Origin: Actinomycetota bacterium
Lineage (GTDB): Bacteria; Actinomycetota; Acidimicrobiia; Acidimicrobiales; Iamiaceae
Assembly: GCA_040255345.1 (NCBI GenBank)
Contig: JBDZUV010000001.1
Span: 920-64,919 of the forward strand
DNA: 64,000 bases
Direction of reading: 5' to 3'
Below the pieces are notes generated by a model. It was not told the DNA's origin, made no database searches, and worked only from the letters and a program-made list of their open reading frames with translations. This document shows positions 28,028 through 37,079 of the stretch, piece by piece; position 1 is the first letter of the stretch; each line of letters starts with the position of its first letter. Made by a program: the position numbers and the translations under genes.

Positions 28028-29280
28028 ACGACGCCGCCGTAGGTGCCACCCAGCTCTCCGACGGCTCCGTCGCCGAGGGGAGCTTCGGCCACCGCCTCGG
28101 TGAGATCGGCGATGAACTGGTCGGCGACGGCCAGGTGCGCCGGCGACAGCATGAGATGCAGCCCACCCTGTTGACGGTCGAGGTGCCAGCCGCGGCGGTC
28201 CATCCCGTCGGCGATGGCCAGGATCGACCCGTCGCGGGCGGTGAACTCGAACACGGGAATGTCGGGCCGGTGGGTGATCTCGAGGCGGTCGATGCCCTCG
28301 ATCCCGGCGGTGAAGGCCCGCCCGGCGTCACGCACCTGAGTGGCCTTGGCCCGGTAGCCCTCGGCGCCGAGGTGGTGGATCGCGGCCCACGCTCCGGCGA
28401 TGGGAGGCGCGGCGCGGGTTCCTGCGGTGGTGCCCGACGCGTACAACCCCCCGGGCCAGGTGTCGTACCAGAACTGTTGGAGCTTCACGAGCTCACGGGT
28501 CTTGTAGGTGATCGTGGAGAGTCCCTTGAAGGTATAGCCGTACTTGTGGACGTCCGCGGAGATCGAGGTGACCCCGTCCACGGCGAAGTTCCACGGCGGG
28601 ACCGGCTCGCCGATCTGCTCGTACCAGGGCAGCAGCCAGCCGCCCAGGCAGGCGTCGACGTGGCAGAGCGACCCGTTCGCGGCGGCCAGACCGGCGATGG
28701 TCTCGATGTCGTCGATGACGCCGTAGGGGTAACACGGCGCGGAACCCACGACGAGACCGGTGCGGTCGTCGACCGCCGCGGCGAGGGCGTCGGTGTCCAT
28801 GCGCCCGTCGTCGCGGACGGGCACGAAGACCTGTTCGATGTCGAGGTAGTGCGCGGCCTTCGCGAACGCCGGGTGGGCGGTGATCGCGGTGATGACCTTG
28901 GGTTCGGCGATGCCCCGCTCGGCACGGGCATGGTCGCGGGCTACCTGGAGGGCCAGAAAGATCGACTCGGTCCCTCCCGATGAGATCGACCCGGCGTTGG
29001 GTGCGGTGCCGAACAGCTCGGCGGCCATCGCCACCAGGTTCAGCTCCATCTCCATGAGGCTCGGGTACGCCAACGGGTTGAGTGCGTTCTCGTGCTGGAA
29101 GATGGTGGCGACCTGTTCGAGCAGTTGTTCGTGTTCGTCATCGCCGGGGTTGTAGACGAGGCTGAAGGCGCGACCCGACCGCCAGTCCAGGTCCCCGATG
29201 CGCATCTCGGCGAGCCGGTCGAGCACCGCGGCCGACTTGAGTCCGTGTTCGGGAAAGGCCTTGGCGTCGTCGTTGCTCAT
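28024..29280 (-). CDS. PLP-dependent group II decarboxylase / sphingosine-1-phosphate-lyase-like enzyme
   Basis: Track ORF. Features are SGGTESIFLAL and SISADVHKYGY (PLP-lysine context). The overall N-terminal region resembles the S1P lyase / glutamate decarboxylase family. Confidence 0.75.
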   Translation of the reverse strand: MSNDDAKAFPEHGLKSAAVLDRLAEMRIGDLDWRSGRAFSLVYNPGDDEHEQLLEQVATIFQHENALNPLAYPSLMEMELNLVAMAAELFGTAPNAGSISSGGTESIFLALQVARDHARAERGIAEPKVITAITAHPAFAKAAHYLDIEQVFVPVRDDGRMDTDALAAAVDDRTGLVVGSAPCYPYGVIDDIETIAGLAAANGSLCHVDACLGGWLLPWYEQIGEPVPPWNFAVDGVTSISADVHKYGYTFKGLSTITYKTRELVKLQQFWYDTWPGGLYASGTTAGTRAAPPIAGAWAAIHHLGAEGYRAKATQVRDAGRAFTAGIEGIDRLEITHRPDIPVFEFTARDGSILAIADGMDRRGWHLDRQQGGLHLMLSPAHLAVADQFIADLTEAVAEAPLGDGAVGELGGTYGGVV

Positions 29281-29519
29281 GGCCGCAGCCTAGAAGACCG
29301 CCTTCGACGCGGGGAGCGGTCCGATGGGGAGGATCGCCCGAGAATCAATCGCCGCGGATCATCGATCTCGGTGGTGGTCACGACCCGACCACGCTGGGTG
29401 GGTACAGGCGGCGCGTTGAACAAGGCGCGGACGCGCCCGCGGGCGCGTCGTCGAAGATTTCGTGGAATTTCTCCCGGAGCGGCCCGATTCTGGCCCGAAA
29501 ATGTCACTGCCCCTCTTTA

Positions 29520-29540
29520 CGATCGAACTGCGTTCGATCG
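29520..29540. repeat. Perfect inverted repeat CGATCGAAC-TGC-GTTCGATCG (candidate operator or RNA hairpin)
   Basis: Read directly: 9-bp arms with a 3-nt centre, inside the 469-nt spacer between the decarboxylase start and the amidotransferase stop. Confidence 0.5.
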
Positions 29541-29749
29541 CAAGGGAGGTGCATCATGAGCCTCACCGAATCGGTCATCGGCTAGGCGACCCGAACCCGT
29601 CCATGACATTTCGACGAACCCGATACGCGTCCGCTGACGCGTGCGGTGCTCGCCGAAACGCCGACCGAACAGCTCGAGGCCGACGTCGTCGAGCTGCGAT
29701 GCCTCTGTGGTCCCCATAACCGGCCGAAGAACCCGCGACCTGCAGACGG

Positions 29750-30484
29750 TCAGGCTCGGCTCGCCTGGATGAAAGCGTCGAAAAGCTGCTGCTGGACCGG
29801 GTCGTGGCGAGCCGAGTCCTCCGGGTGCCACTGGACCGCGACGGTCCAGGCGTCGCCGGGGATCTCCAAGCCCTCGATCACCCCGTCAGCGGTGCGGGCC
29901 GTGACGATCAGGTCGTCGCCGAGCACATCGACCGCCTGATGGTGGTGACACCGCCCCACCACACCGTCGGTCCCGATCGCTTCGGCGAGCCGGGTGCCCG
30001 CGTCGACGAGCATGTCATTCGGCGTGCCGCCTCCCCCGTCAGGAATGCCGTGCGGGCCCACGCCGGGCAGGTCACCCAGATGCTGGTGCAGGGTGCCGCC
30101 CTGGGCGACGTTCAACAACTGCGCGCCCCGACAGATCGCCAGCAGGGGCATCTCGGCCCGGCGAGCGGCGTCGATGAGCGCGATCTCCCAGCGGTCTGAT
30201 GTGGTGTCGAACGCCCCGGTCTCCGGGTGCGCCTCCTGGCCGTAGAGGGCCGGGTCGACGTCCAGTCCACCGGTCACCATCAGCGCGTCGAAGCACGCCA
30301 CGAACGCGTCGACGTCGACGGTGTCGGGACGCTGGTACACCACCGACGCGCCGATCCCGCCGGCCACATGGATCGCGTCGAGGTAGTAGGTGGGCAGTGC
30401 CTGAGCGGGCTCGAGCCAGTGATCGATCCGCTCCGCGGAAATCCGACGCGAGGTGACGGCGATGAGCGGGCGGGACGATGACAC
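29750..30484 (-). CDS. Gamma-glutamyl-gamma-aminobutyrate hydrolase family (peptidase C26, class I glutamine amidotransferase)
   Basis: Track ORF. It has the PLLAICRGAQLLNV nucleophile-Cys motif and AVQWHPE (His-Glu of the triad). Confidence 0.85.
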   Translation of the reverse strand: MSSSRPLIAVTSRRISAERIDHWLEPAQALPTYYLDAIHVAGGIGASVVYQRPDTVDVDAFVACFDALMVTGGLDVDPALYGQEAHPETGAFDTTSDRWEIALIDAARRAEMPLLAICRGAQLLNVAQGGTLHQHLGDLPGVGPHGIPDGGGGTPNDMLVDAGTRLAEAIGTDGVVGRCHHHQAVDVLGDDLIVTARTADGVIEGLEIPGDAWTVAVQWHPEDSARHDPVQQQLFDAFIQASRA

Positions 30485-30497
30485 GACGGCGACCTGA

Positions 30498-31874
30498 TCA
30501 GAACTGGGCGAAATAGCGGCGACGTTCCCAGTCGGTCACCGCACGGTTCGCGGCCAACCATTCCTGGCGGGCCGAGTTCAACAAATGGTGATGTACCGCC
30601 TCACCGAAGATCTCGACGGCCACCTCGCTCGCTGCGAACGCTTCGATGGCTTCGATGAAAGTGGAGGGGATCCGTGGCACGTCGGCTTCGTACGCGTTGC
30701 CCTCGGTGGGTGGTGGCGGGTCGATGCCCAACTGGATCCCCCGGATCCCTGCGGCGATCAGCGCGGCGTAGGCGATGTAGCCGTTCACGTCAGCGCCGGG
30801 AATGCGCGATTCGAGGCGGGTGCCGGTGCCGTGGCCGACGATCCGGTAGCCACAGGTGCGGTTGTCGGTGCCCCAGGCGATGGCGGTGGGCGCCCACGAC
30901 TCGGGTGCGTAACGCTTGTAGGAGTTCAACGTCGGCGCCCAGCAAAGGGCGAGGTCACGCGACGCGTCGATGATCCCGCCGAGAAAATGACGGAACCGGA
31001 CCGACCCGGGGCTCGTGCCGGCAGGCGTGTCGAAGACCGGTTCGCCCTCCTCGACGTCGGTGAGGCTGATGTGCAGATGACACGACGAGCCGACGTCGTC
31101 TTCGGAGTACTTCGCCATGAAGGTGACCGAGCGGCCCTCCTGGTCGGCGATCTCGCGTACCGCGTTCTTGTAGATGGTCTGACGGTCGGCCATCTCCAGC
31201 GCGTCCGCGAAGCGCAGGTTGATCTCGTGTTGGCCGTACCCGGCCTCGCCTTTGGAGAATTCGACCGGTATGCCACACGCATCCATGGCGTTGCGGATCC
31301 GGCGGATCACGTACTCGTCGCGGGTCGTCTGGAAGATGTGGTAGTCCTCGATCCAGTCCGAGTGCGGGCGCGGGTCGGCGAAGCGGCGCTCGGCCAATTC
31401 GGCGTAGCTGTCACGGAACAGGAAGAACTCGAGTTCCGCGCCGATCGCCGGGGCGAACCCGGCGGCACGGGCCTTGTCGACCTGGAGGCTCAGGATCTGA
31501 CGGGGCGACACGGCGATCGGCGTCCGGTCGGCTTCGTCGACGATGTCACACAGCACGAGCGCGGTTGCTTCCAACCAAGGCACGACGCGCATCGTGGACA
31601 GGTCCGGAATCAGGCTGACGTCGCCGTACCCCTGCTCCCAGTTCGCGAACTCGTATCCGGGCAGTGGGGTCATCTCGACGTCGACGGCGAGCAGGTAGTT
31701 GCACGCTTCGACACTGTGCTCCGCGATCTCCTCCAGGAAGAACCAGCCGGTCACCCGTTTGCCGACGAGCCGCCCCTGCAGATCGGTGGCCGCGACCAGC
31801 ACCGTGTCGATCGAACCGTCGGCGACCGATTCCCGCAGCTCGTCGAGGGTCAGCATCCCTCGCAGCGCCGTCAC
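30498..31874 (-). CDS. Glutamine synthetase-family gamma-glutamyl-amine synthetase (GlnA3/PuuA-like)
   Basis: Track ORF of about 458 aa with a GS beta-grasp plus catalytic domain (GAELEFFLF, KGEAGYGQHEINL, CHLHISL). The start is GTG. Confidence 0.85.
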   Translation of the reverse strand: MTALRGMLTLDELRESVADGSIDTVLVAATDLQGRLVGKRVTGWFFLEEIAEHSVEACNYLLAVDVEMTPLPGYEFANWEQGYGDVSLIPDLSTMRVVPWLEATALVLCDIVDEADRTPIAVSPRQILSLQVDKARAAGFAPAIGAELEFFLFRDSYAELAERRFADPRPHSDWIEDYHIFQTTRDEYVIRRIRNAMDACGIPVEFSKGEAGYGQHEINLRFADALEMADRQTIYKNAVREIADQEGRSVTFMAKYSEDDVGSSCHLHISLTDVEEGEPVFDTPAGTSPGSVRFRHFLGGIIDASRDLALCWAPTLNSYKRYAPESWAPTAIAWGTDNRTCGYRIVGHGTGTRLESRIPGADVNGYIAYAALIAAGIRGIQLGIDPPPPTEGNAYEADVPRIPSTFIEAIEAFAASEVAVEIFGEAVHHHLLNSARQEWLAANRAVTDWERRRYFAQF

Positions 31875-32650
31875 GCTCCGGCCTCGGGGGTGACGTACGC
31901 GGCGGTGATTCCGCCGTCGATGATGAGCGACTGGCCGGTCATGAACGACGACTCCTCCGATGCCAGGAACAACGCACCATTCACCATCTCCTCGGCCGTA
32001 CCGAATCGGCCCATCGGGATGTGGACGAGACGGCGCTGCCGTTTGGCCTCATCAGACAGGAACTTCTCGAGCAGGGGCGTGAGCACCGGCCCCGGGCACA
32101 ATGCGTTCACGCGCACCCCTCGCTGGGCCTCACATACCGCCATCTCCCGGGTCATCGCCAACACGGCGCCTTTGGATGCGGTGTAGGCGATCTGCGGGGT
32201 GGCGGCACCCATGAACGCCACGAACGAGGCGACGTTGATGACCGACCCGTGCCCGGAGGCGCGCAGGTGCTCCAGGCAGGCGCGCACACAGAACCACGAA
32301 CCCTTCACGTTCACATCCAAGGTGCGTTCCCAGGTGGCTACCGGCGTCTCGGTGGTGTCGCCGTCCTCAGCGGGTGAGATGCCGGCGTTGTTGTAGAGCA
32401 CGTCGATACCCCCGAACGCGACCACCGCCTCGCCGACCGCGGCCTCGACCGAGGTCAGATCGGAAACATCGGCGGTCAGCCCGACGGCTTCGCCACCCAC
32501 AGCACGGAGCGCGGCGACCGTCTCGTCGGGCACGGCGAGATCGAGCGCGGCGATCCGAGCGCCCTCGGCGGCGAATCGTTCACAGGCGACCCGCCCCATG
32601 CCACTGGCCGCCCCTGTGATGAGCGCCACCTTGCCGTCCAGTCGTCCCAT
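31871..32650 (-). CDS. Short-chain dehydrogenase/reductase (SDR)
   Basis: Track ORF 31871..33121 trimmed to ATG 32650 (MGRLDGKVALITGAASGMG), with AAGGA 5 nt upstream. It has NNAG and YTASKGAV motifs. Its stop overlaps the GS start as GTGA. Confidence 0.9.
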   Translation of the reverse strand: MGRLDGKVALITGAASGMGRVACERFAAEGARIAALDLAVPDETVAALRAVGGEAVGLTADVSDLTSVEAAVGEAVVAFGGIDVLYNNAGISPAEDGDTTETPVATWERTLDVNVKGSWFCVRACLEHLRASGHGSVINVASFVAFMGAATPQIAYTASKGAVLAMTREMAVCEAQRGVRVNALCPGPVLTPLLEKFLSDEAKRQRRLVHIPMGRFGTAEEMVNGALFLASEESSFMTGQSLIIDGGITAAYVTPEAGA

Positions 32651-32690
32651 GGAGGTCCTTTTCGAGTCGATGAGCCGGATGCCGAGCCTA

Positions 32691-32717
32691 TTGACTCGGC
32701 CTTGGCGAGCGTAGAAT
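32691..32717 (+). promoter_or_regulatory. Candidate sigma-70-type promoter for the aldehyde dehydrogenase gene
   Basis: TTGACT (32691-32696) and TAGAAT (32712-32717) lie in the divergent spacer. The hexamer spacing is only 15 nt, so this is tentative. Confidence 0.3.
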
Positions 32718-32780
32718 GCGACCGCCTGAACGACCGGGACGGTGCAGCACGCCGACCCACGACCATCGAGGAACGCGTCC

Positions 32781-34226
32781 ATGACCGACCAGCTCATCAG
32801 CGACGGGCTCATCATCGGCGGGGCCCGCCGGGATGCCGTCGACGGGGCGACATTCGACGTGCACTCCCCCGCTACGACCGATGTCGTCGGGACCGTCGCG
32901 AAGGCAGGTCTGGCCGACGTTGACGCGGCGTTGAAGATCGCGACGAGCGCGCACGACGACGGCATCTGGGCGCGGGTGTCGCCGGCCGATCGGGGTCGCA
33001 TTCTCGCTCGGGTCGCGGCGCTGCTGGCCGAGCACGCCGACGAACTCGCCGGGTACGAATGCAGCGACGCCGGGCACCCGATCTCGAGCGCTCGGGGAGA
33101 CGTCGCTGCAGCGATCGGCACCTTCGAGTTCTATGCGGGCGCGGCCGACAAGCACCACGGTTCGGTACTGCCCATCGGAGAGGGCGGCCTGAACGTGGCG
33201 CTGCGTGAACCGGTGGGCCCGTGTGCGCTGATCGTGCCGTGGAACTTTCCGCTGATGATCGCCGCGTGGAAGGTCGCCCCGGCACTGGCCGCCGGCAACC
33301 CGATCATCCTGAAGCCCGCATCGCTCACCCCTCGCTCGGCGCTCGCACTCGGTGACCTGTTGGTCGAGGCGGGCGTGCCGCCCGAGGCGGTCCACGTGTT
33401 GCCGGGGCCGGGCGGTCTCATCGGTGCTGCTCTGGCCGCCGACCGTCGAGTCGCCAAGGTGTCCTTCACCGGGGAGACCGCGACGGGGAGTTCGATCCTG
33501 CGGGCGAGCGCGGACAACATCACCCGTATCACCCTCGAGCTCGGCGGGAAGTCCGCGGCGGTCGTCTTCGCCGACGCCGACATCGAAACCGCAGCGGCGG
33601 CGATGCCCTCGGGCGTCTTCGACAACGCCGGTCAGGACTGCTGTGCACGGTCGCGGATCCTGGTGGAGCGGTCGGTGTACGACGACTTCGTCGCCGCGTT
33701 CGCAGAGGCCACCGAGGCCGTCGAGGTGGGCGACCCCGTCGACGAGGCGACCCAGATGGGCCCGCTCATCTCGGCTGGTCAACGCGCCACCTCGCTGGAG
33801 TACATCGCGATCGGCACCGATGAAGGCGCCGAGGTCGTGACCGGTGGCCGCGAGTTCGACGCCGCCGGGCACTTCCTGAGCCCGTGTGTGCTCGCCGATG
33901 TCGACAACTCGATGCGCGTTGCCCGTGAGGAGATCTTCGGCCCGGTCGCGTCGGTCATCCCCTTCGTCGACGAGGCCGACGCGGTCCGCATCGCCAACGA
34001 CAGCGAGTACGGCCTGTCCGGGTCGCTGTGGACCGGAAGCGCTCCCCGGGCGATCCGGGTCGCGAAGGCGCTACGGACCGGGACCCTCTCGGTCAACTCC
34101 AACTCGTCGGTGCGGGTGCAGGCGCCTTTCGGGGGTTTCAAACGGTCGGGGTTGGGACGCGAGCTCGGCATGGGAGCCCTCGACAACTACACCGAAGTGA
34201 AGAGCGTGTACTTCTCTGCCGACTGA
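32781..34226 (+). CDS. NAD(P)-dependent aldehyde dehydrogenase (gamma-aminobutyraldehyde / gamma-glutamyl-aldehyde DH-like)
   Basis: Track ORF 32742..34226. ATG 32781 (MTDQLISDG...) is preferred. Motifs are VPWNFPL, ELGGKSA and FDNAGQDCCARSR. Confidence 0.9.
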   Translation: MTDQLISDGLIIGGARRDAVDGATFDVHSPATTDVVGTVAKAGLADVDAALKIATSAHDDGIWARVSPADRGRILARVAALLAEHADELAGYECSDAGHPISSARGDVAAAIGTFEFYAGAADKHHGSVLPIGEGGLNVALREPVGPCALIVPWNFPLMIAAWKVAPALAAGNPIILKPASLTPRSALALGDLLVEAGVPPEAVHVLPGPGGLIGAALAADRRVAKVSFTGETATGSSILRASADNITRITLELGGKSAAVVFADADIETAAAAMPSGVFDNAGQDCCARSRILVERSVYDDFVAAFAEATEAVEVGDPVDEATQMGPLISAGQRATSLEYIAIGTDEGAEVVTGGREFDAAGHFLSPCVLADVDNSMRVAREEIFGPVASVIPFVDEADAVRIANDSEYGLSGSLWTGSAPRAIRVAKALRTGTLSVNSNSSVRVQAPFGGFKRSGLGRELGMGALDNYTEVKSVYFSAD

Positions 34227-34230
34227 GCGG

Positions 34231-35565
34231 TCAGCGTTCGGTGTCGGCGTCGGCGTCGGTGCCGACATCGGAGCGGGCACCGTCACCGCCCGGGTCGACG
34301 GCTCCCAGGTCTGGATCTCGGTCCGGGTCGTGGTCCGGCCCGACCGCGTCGTCGATGCCGTCTCGGGTCCCGTCGCCATGGTGGACGAAGCGAATGCTGC
34401 CACGCTCCAGGACGCGATCGACCAGCGAACGCATCGCCGGTCCGATCGCCTCGGCGCGTTCGACGAGCCGCAGCTTCGCCTCGGCAGAGACCGGAGCCTC
34501 GCCGTCGACCGCCGTTTCGATCTCGGTCTCGCGCAAGTCTCCATCACCGTCGGCATCGCCGGCATCGTCGCCGATGCCGATCACACTCTTCGCCGCATCG
34601 AACAGACGGTGTGCCGTTTCGAGTTCGGCCTCTTCGTCGGCCGAGGCCGCAGTCGACGGATCGGTCAAGAAGTGCTCCCGCACCGGACCGAACGACGGCG
34701 GGATCCGCCCGTCGATCCGCGCGTCCAGATGGTCGCTGCTGGCCCGATAGGCGACGTCCATGAGTCGGGCGCTGCTCGACAGATCGTTGTAGCGGACCGG
34801 GTTCGGGTCGCCGTGGGGCAGGATGATGACCTCGACGTCGTCGGGAATGCGGGAGAGGTCCTCGAGCAGGCGGTGCCGTCGAGCGATCCAATAGGCGAGC
34901 ATGGCGACGTCGATCGGTCGCCGTTGATCGGGTCGGGGACGGTCCACGGCGCCGACCTGGAGCACGAAGATGCGGGTCGCCCCCGCTTCGACCGCGCGCT
35001 GCACGGGCACGTCGTCGACGATCGCTCCGTCGAGGTAACGCACCCCGTCGATCTCGACCGCCGGGAACACCGCCGGAATCGATGCCGATGCCAACACGGC
35101 AGGCACGAGTTCGCCCGAGGAGAACCAGTGTTCGGCGGCGTCGTCGATGTTGGTCGCGACACATTCGAACGGCACTTCCAGACCGTCGAACGTCGCCGCG
35201 GGCACGACCTCGTCCAGCAGCTCGCGCAGCCCCTCGTTGGATGAGATCGACTCTCCCTTGCGCACCAATTGCACCGACGACGGCAGCAACCCTGTCGGTA
35301 CGATCGCCCGGTCGATCAAGTCCATCCAGACGTCCTGCATGCGTCCGACCGTTGCCAGGGTCGGCCCGCCGGCCAGGACGACGCCGTTGAGAGCGCCGAC
35401 CGAGCAACCCATGATCATGTCAGGAAGGATCCGTCGCTCGATCAGTGCCCGCAGCATGCCGACCTGCAGGGCCCCCATCGCGGCGCCGCCGGACAGCACG
35501 AATGCCGTTCGTGCGGGGCGGGACGCATGGTTGTGGCGCGGCCAGATGTCAGACAACGATCGCAT
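34231..35565 (-). CDS. Patatin-like phospholipase with about 140-aa acidic C-terminal extension
   Basis: Track ORF 34231..35622. ATG 35565 (MRSLSDIW...) has GGAGA 5 nt upstream. Motifs are VLSGGAAMGALQVG (oxyanion GGxxxG), GCSVGALNG (GxSxG) and YLDGAIVDDVP (catalytic Asp). Confidence 0.85.
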   Translation of the reverse strand: MRSLSDIWPRHNHASRPARTAFVLSGGAAMGALQVGMLRALIERRILPDMIMGCSVGALNGVVLAGGPTLATVGRMQDVWMDLIDRAIVPTGLLPSSVQLVRKGESISSNEGLRELLDEVVPAATFDGLEVPFECVATNIDDAAEHWFSSGELVPAVLASASIPAVFPAVEIDGVRYLDGAIVDDVPVQRAVEAGATRIFVLQVGAVDRPRPDQRRPIDVAMLAYWIARRHRLLEDLSRIPDDVEVIILPHGDPNPVRYNDLSSSARLMDVAYRASSDHLDARIDGRIPPSFGPVREHFLTDPSTAASADEEAELETAHRLFDAAKSVIGIGDDAGDADGDGDLRETEIETAVDGEAPVSAEAKLRLVERAEAIGPAMRSLVDRVLERGSIRFVHHGDGTRDGIDDAVGPDHDPDRDPDLGAVDPGGDGARSDVGTDADADTER

Positions 35566-36385
35566 CGTGGTCTCCAGTATCGTCCCATCCGGCCGCGTCA
35601 CCAGATCCTGTGGCCACCTCACGGATCAACGCCGTCACTTCGGCCGCGCGGGCCATGGGAGCGTCGTGTGAGGCCCCACCGATGATCCGCACCCGACCGT
35701 GCCGCACCCTGGCGGCCAACCACTTCGCCCCGACCGAATACGCGATCGGCGAGACGTCGCCGGCCCCGAACACACACGGCGCCGTCACACGGGAAGGATC
35801 GAACGGGACACCGGCGGCGAGCAGCGGATCCATGTCGGCGATCAGCGCGGTCCCTTCGCGGCGACGAGCGGCACGCGTCTTCGCGGGGAGTGCCTCATAG
35901 CGGGCCGCGCCGACCGCACGGCGCATGAATGCCTCGGCGATCGCTCCCGGTCGGTCTTCCACATCGCCAGGATCGTCGAGCTTCCAGCCCGACCAGCCGT
36001 CGATCCACGGGGTCGGCACCTCCCAGGTGGCCACGCCTCGCACGTCCAAGCGGCCGGTGGCGGCCGCCGCCATCACGACCAGGCCGCCGAAACTGTGGCC
36101 GAACAACACCACCGGCTCGGACCCTGCGAGCGCGATCAGGTCGTCGACGTCGACGACCAGCCCGCCCGCTCCGAGGTCGACCGCACGCCCGTAGCCGCGA
36201 CGGTCGTAGCGAAGCGTCGGTGCATCCCGAAGCTGTCGGGCCACGTGTGCCATGCCGGCGCCGCGGTCCATCGCGCCGTGGACGAGGACGGCTCGGACGC
36301 CGGGCGGCCAGTCGCCTTCTCCGCGGGCAGGCCGCTGCACCAGACCCGGCCATGCGTCAGCGTCCGCTGTGCCATCGGTGCCCAT
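35549..36385 (-). CDS. Alpha/beta-fold hydrolase
   Basis: Track ORF. Features are VLVHGAMDRG and the VLFGHSFGGLVVMAAAA nucleophile elbow. Confidence 0.8.
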   Translation of the reverse strand: MGTDGTADADAWPGLVQRPARGEGDWPPGVRAVLVHGAMDRGAGMAHVARQLRDAPTLRYDRRGYGRAVDLGAGGLVVDVDDLIALAGSEPVVLFGHSFGGLVVMAAAATGRLDVRGVATWEVPTPWIDGWSGWKLDDPGDVEDRPGAIAEAFMRRAVGAARYEALPAKTRAARRREGTALIADMDPLLAAGVPFDPSRVTAPCVFGAGDVSPIAYSVGAKWLAARVRHGRVRIIGGASHDAPMARAAEVTALIREVATGSGDAAGWDDTGDHDAIVV

Positions 36386-36427
36386 TGCGACTCAACGGTA
36401 CCGTCCCGCTACCGTGCTCTTTCGATC

Positions 36428-37012
36428 ATGGAAATTCTGCTCATACGCCACGGCCTTCCCCTCCGGGTCGAGAGCGACCGTCCGGTCGATCCGCCGCTCG
36501 CACCTCAGGGGCACGCACAGGCCGATGCCCTCGCCCGTTGGCTCGAAGACGAACCACCCGATCACCTGATCGCCTCCACGATGGGTCGGGCCGTGGACAC
36601 TGCACAGCACCTGGCCGACGCATTCGGCCTGGAGCTTGACCAGGACGAGGATTTCTGTGAGTTCGATCGGGGCACTCACGTGTACATCCCTCTCGAGGAG
36701 CTCAAGCCGGATCATCCCCACATGGTCCGGCTGATCGAGGACTGGTTCGGTCCCGAATCAGCGGATCGACGTGCGGCATTCCAGGCCCGTGTGGTGGCGG
36801 CGCTCGACCGGCATCTGCGTGACCTGGACGCGGAACGGGTGGCCCTGGTCAGCCACGGCGGCGTGATCAACGCCACGCTCGCTCACGTGCTCGGAATCGA
36901 CCACGAGATGTTCTTTCGGCCCGAGTACACCAGCGTGTCACGCATCACCTGGAACGGGAAGAGGCTCCGCATGGTGTCGATCAACGAAGCCGGGCACCTG
37001 CGCGGCCTCTGA
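36428..37012 (+). CDS. Histidine phosphatase family protein (phosphoglycerate-mutase-like)
   Basis: Track ORF 35699..37012 trimmed to ATG 36428 (MEILLIRHGLP, RHG motif). The later VSHGGVI is consistent with branch 1 histidine phosphatases. Confidence 0.8.
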   Translation: MEILLIRHGLPLRVESDRPVDPPLAPQGHAQADALARWLEDEPPDHLIASTMGRAVDTAQHLADAFGLELDQDEDFCEFDRGTHVYIPLEELKPDHPHMVRLIEDWFGPESADRRAAFQARVVAALDRHLRDLDAERVALVSHGGVINATLAHVLGIDHEMFFRPEYTSVSRITWNGKRLRMVSINEAGHLRGL

Positions 37013-37079
37013 GCGTCGGTAGGCCCGCCGGGAGCGTTAGGGTCGTCGGGTCGCTCACGACTCTTCCGGAGGTGCATCA

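Noticed and set aside
29462-29719. 85-aa plus-strand track ORF in the long spacer
   Set aside because: It is Arg-rich with poor codon bias and no SD. The shorter features in the same spacer are reported as a finding instead.
30585-32186. Plus-strand ORF (533 aa) and similar ORFs 39817..41370, 38911..39501 and 37701..38960
   Set aside because: All are antisense to genes with strong family motifs (GS-like, SDR, transglycosylase, crotonase, GDPDs) and have shadow-frame composition.
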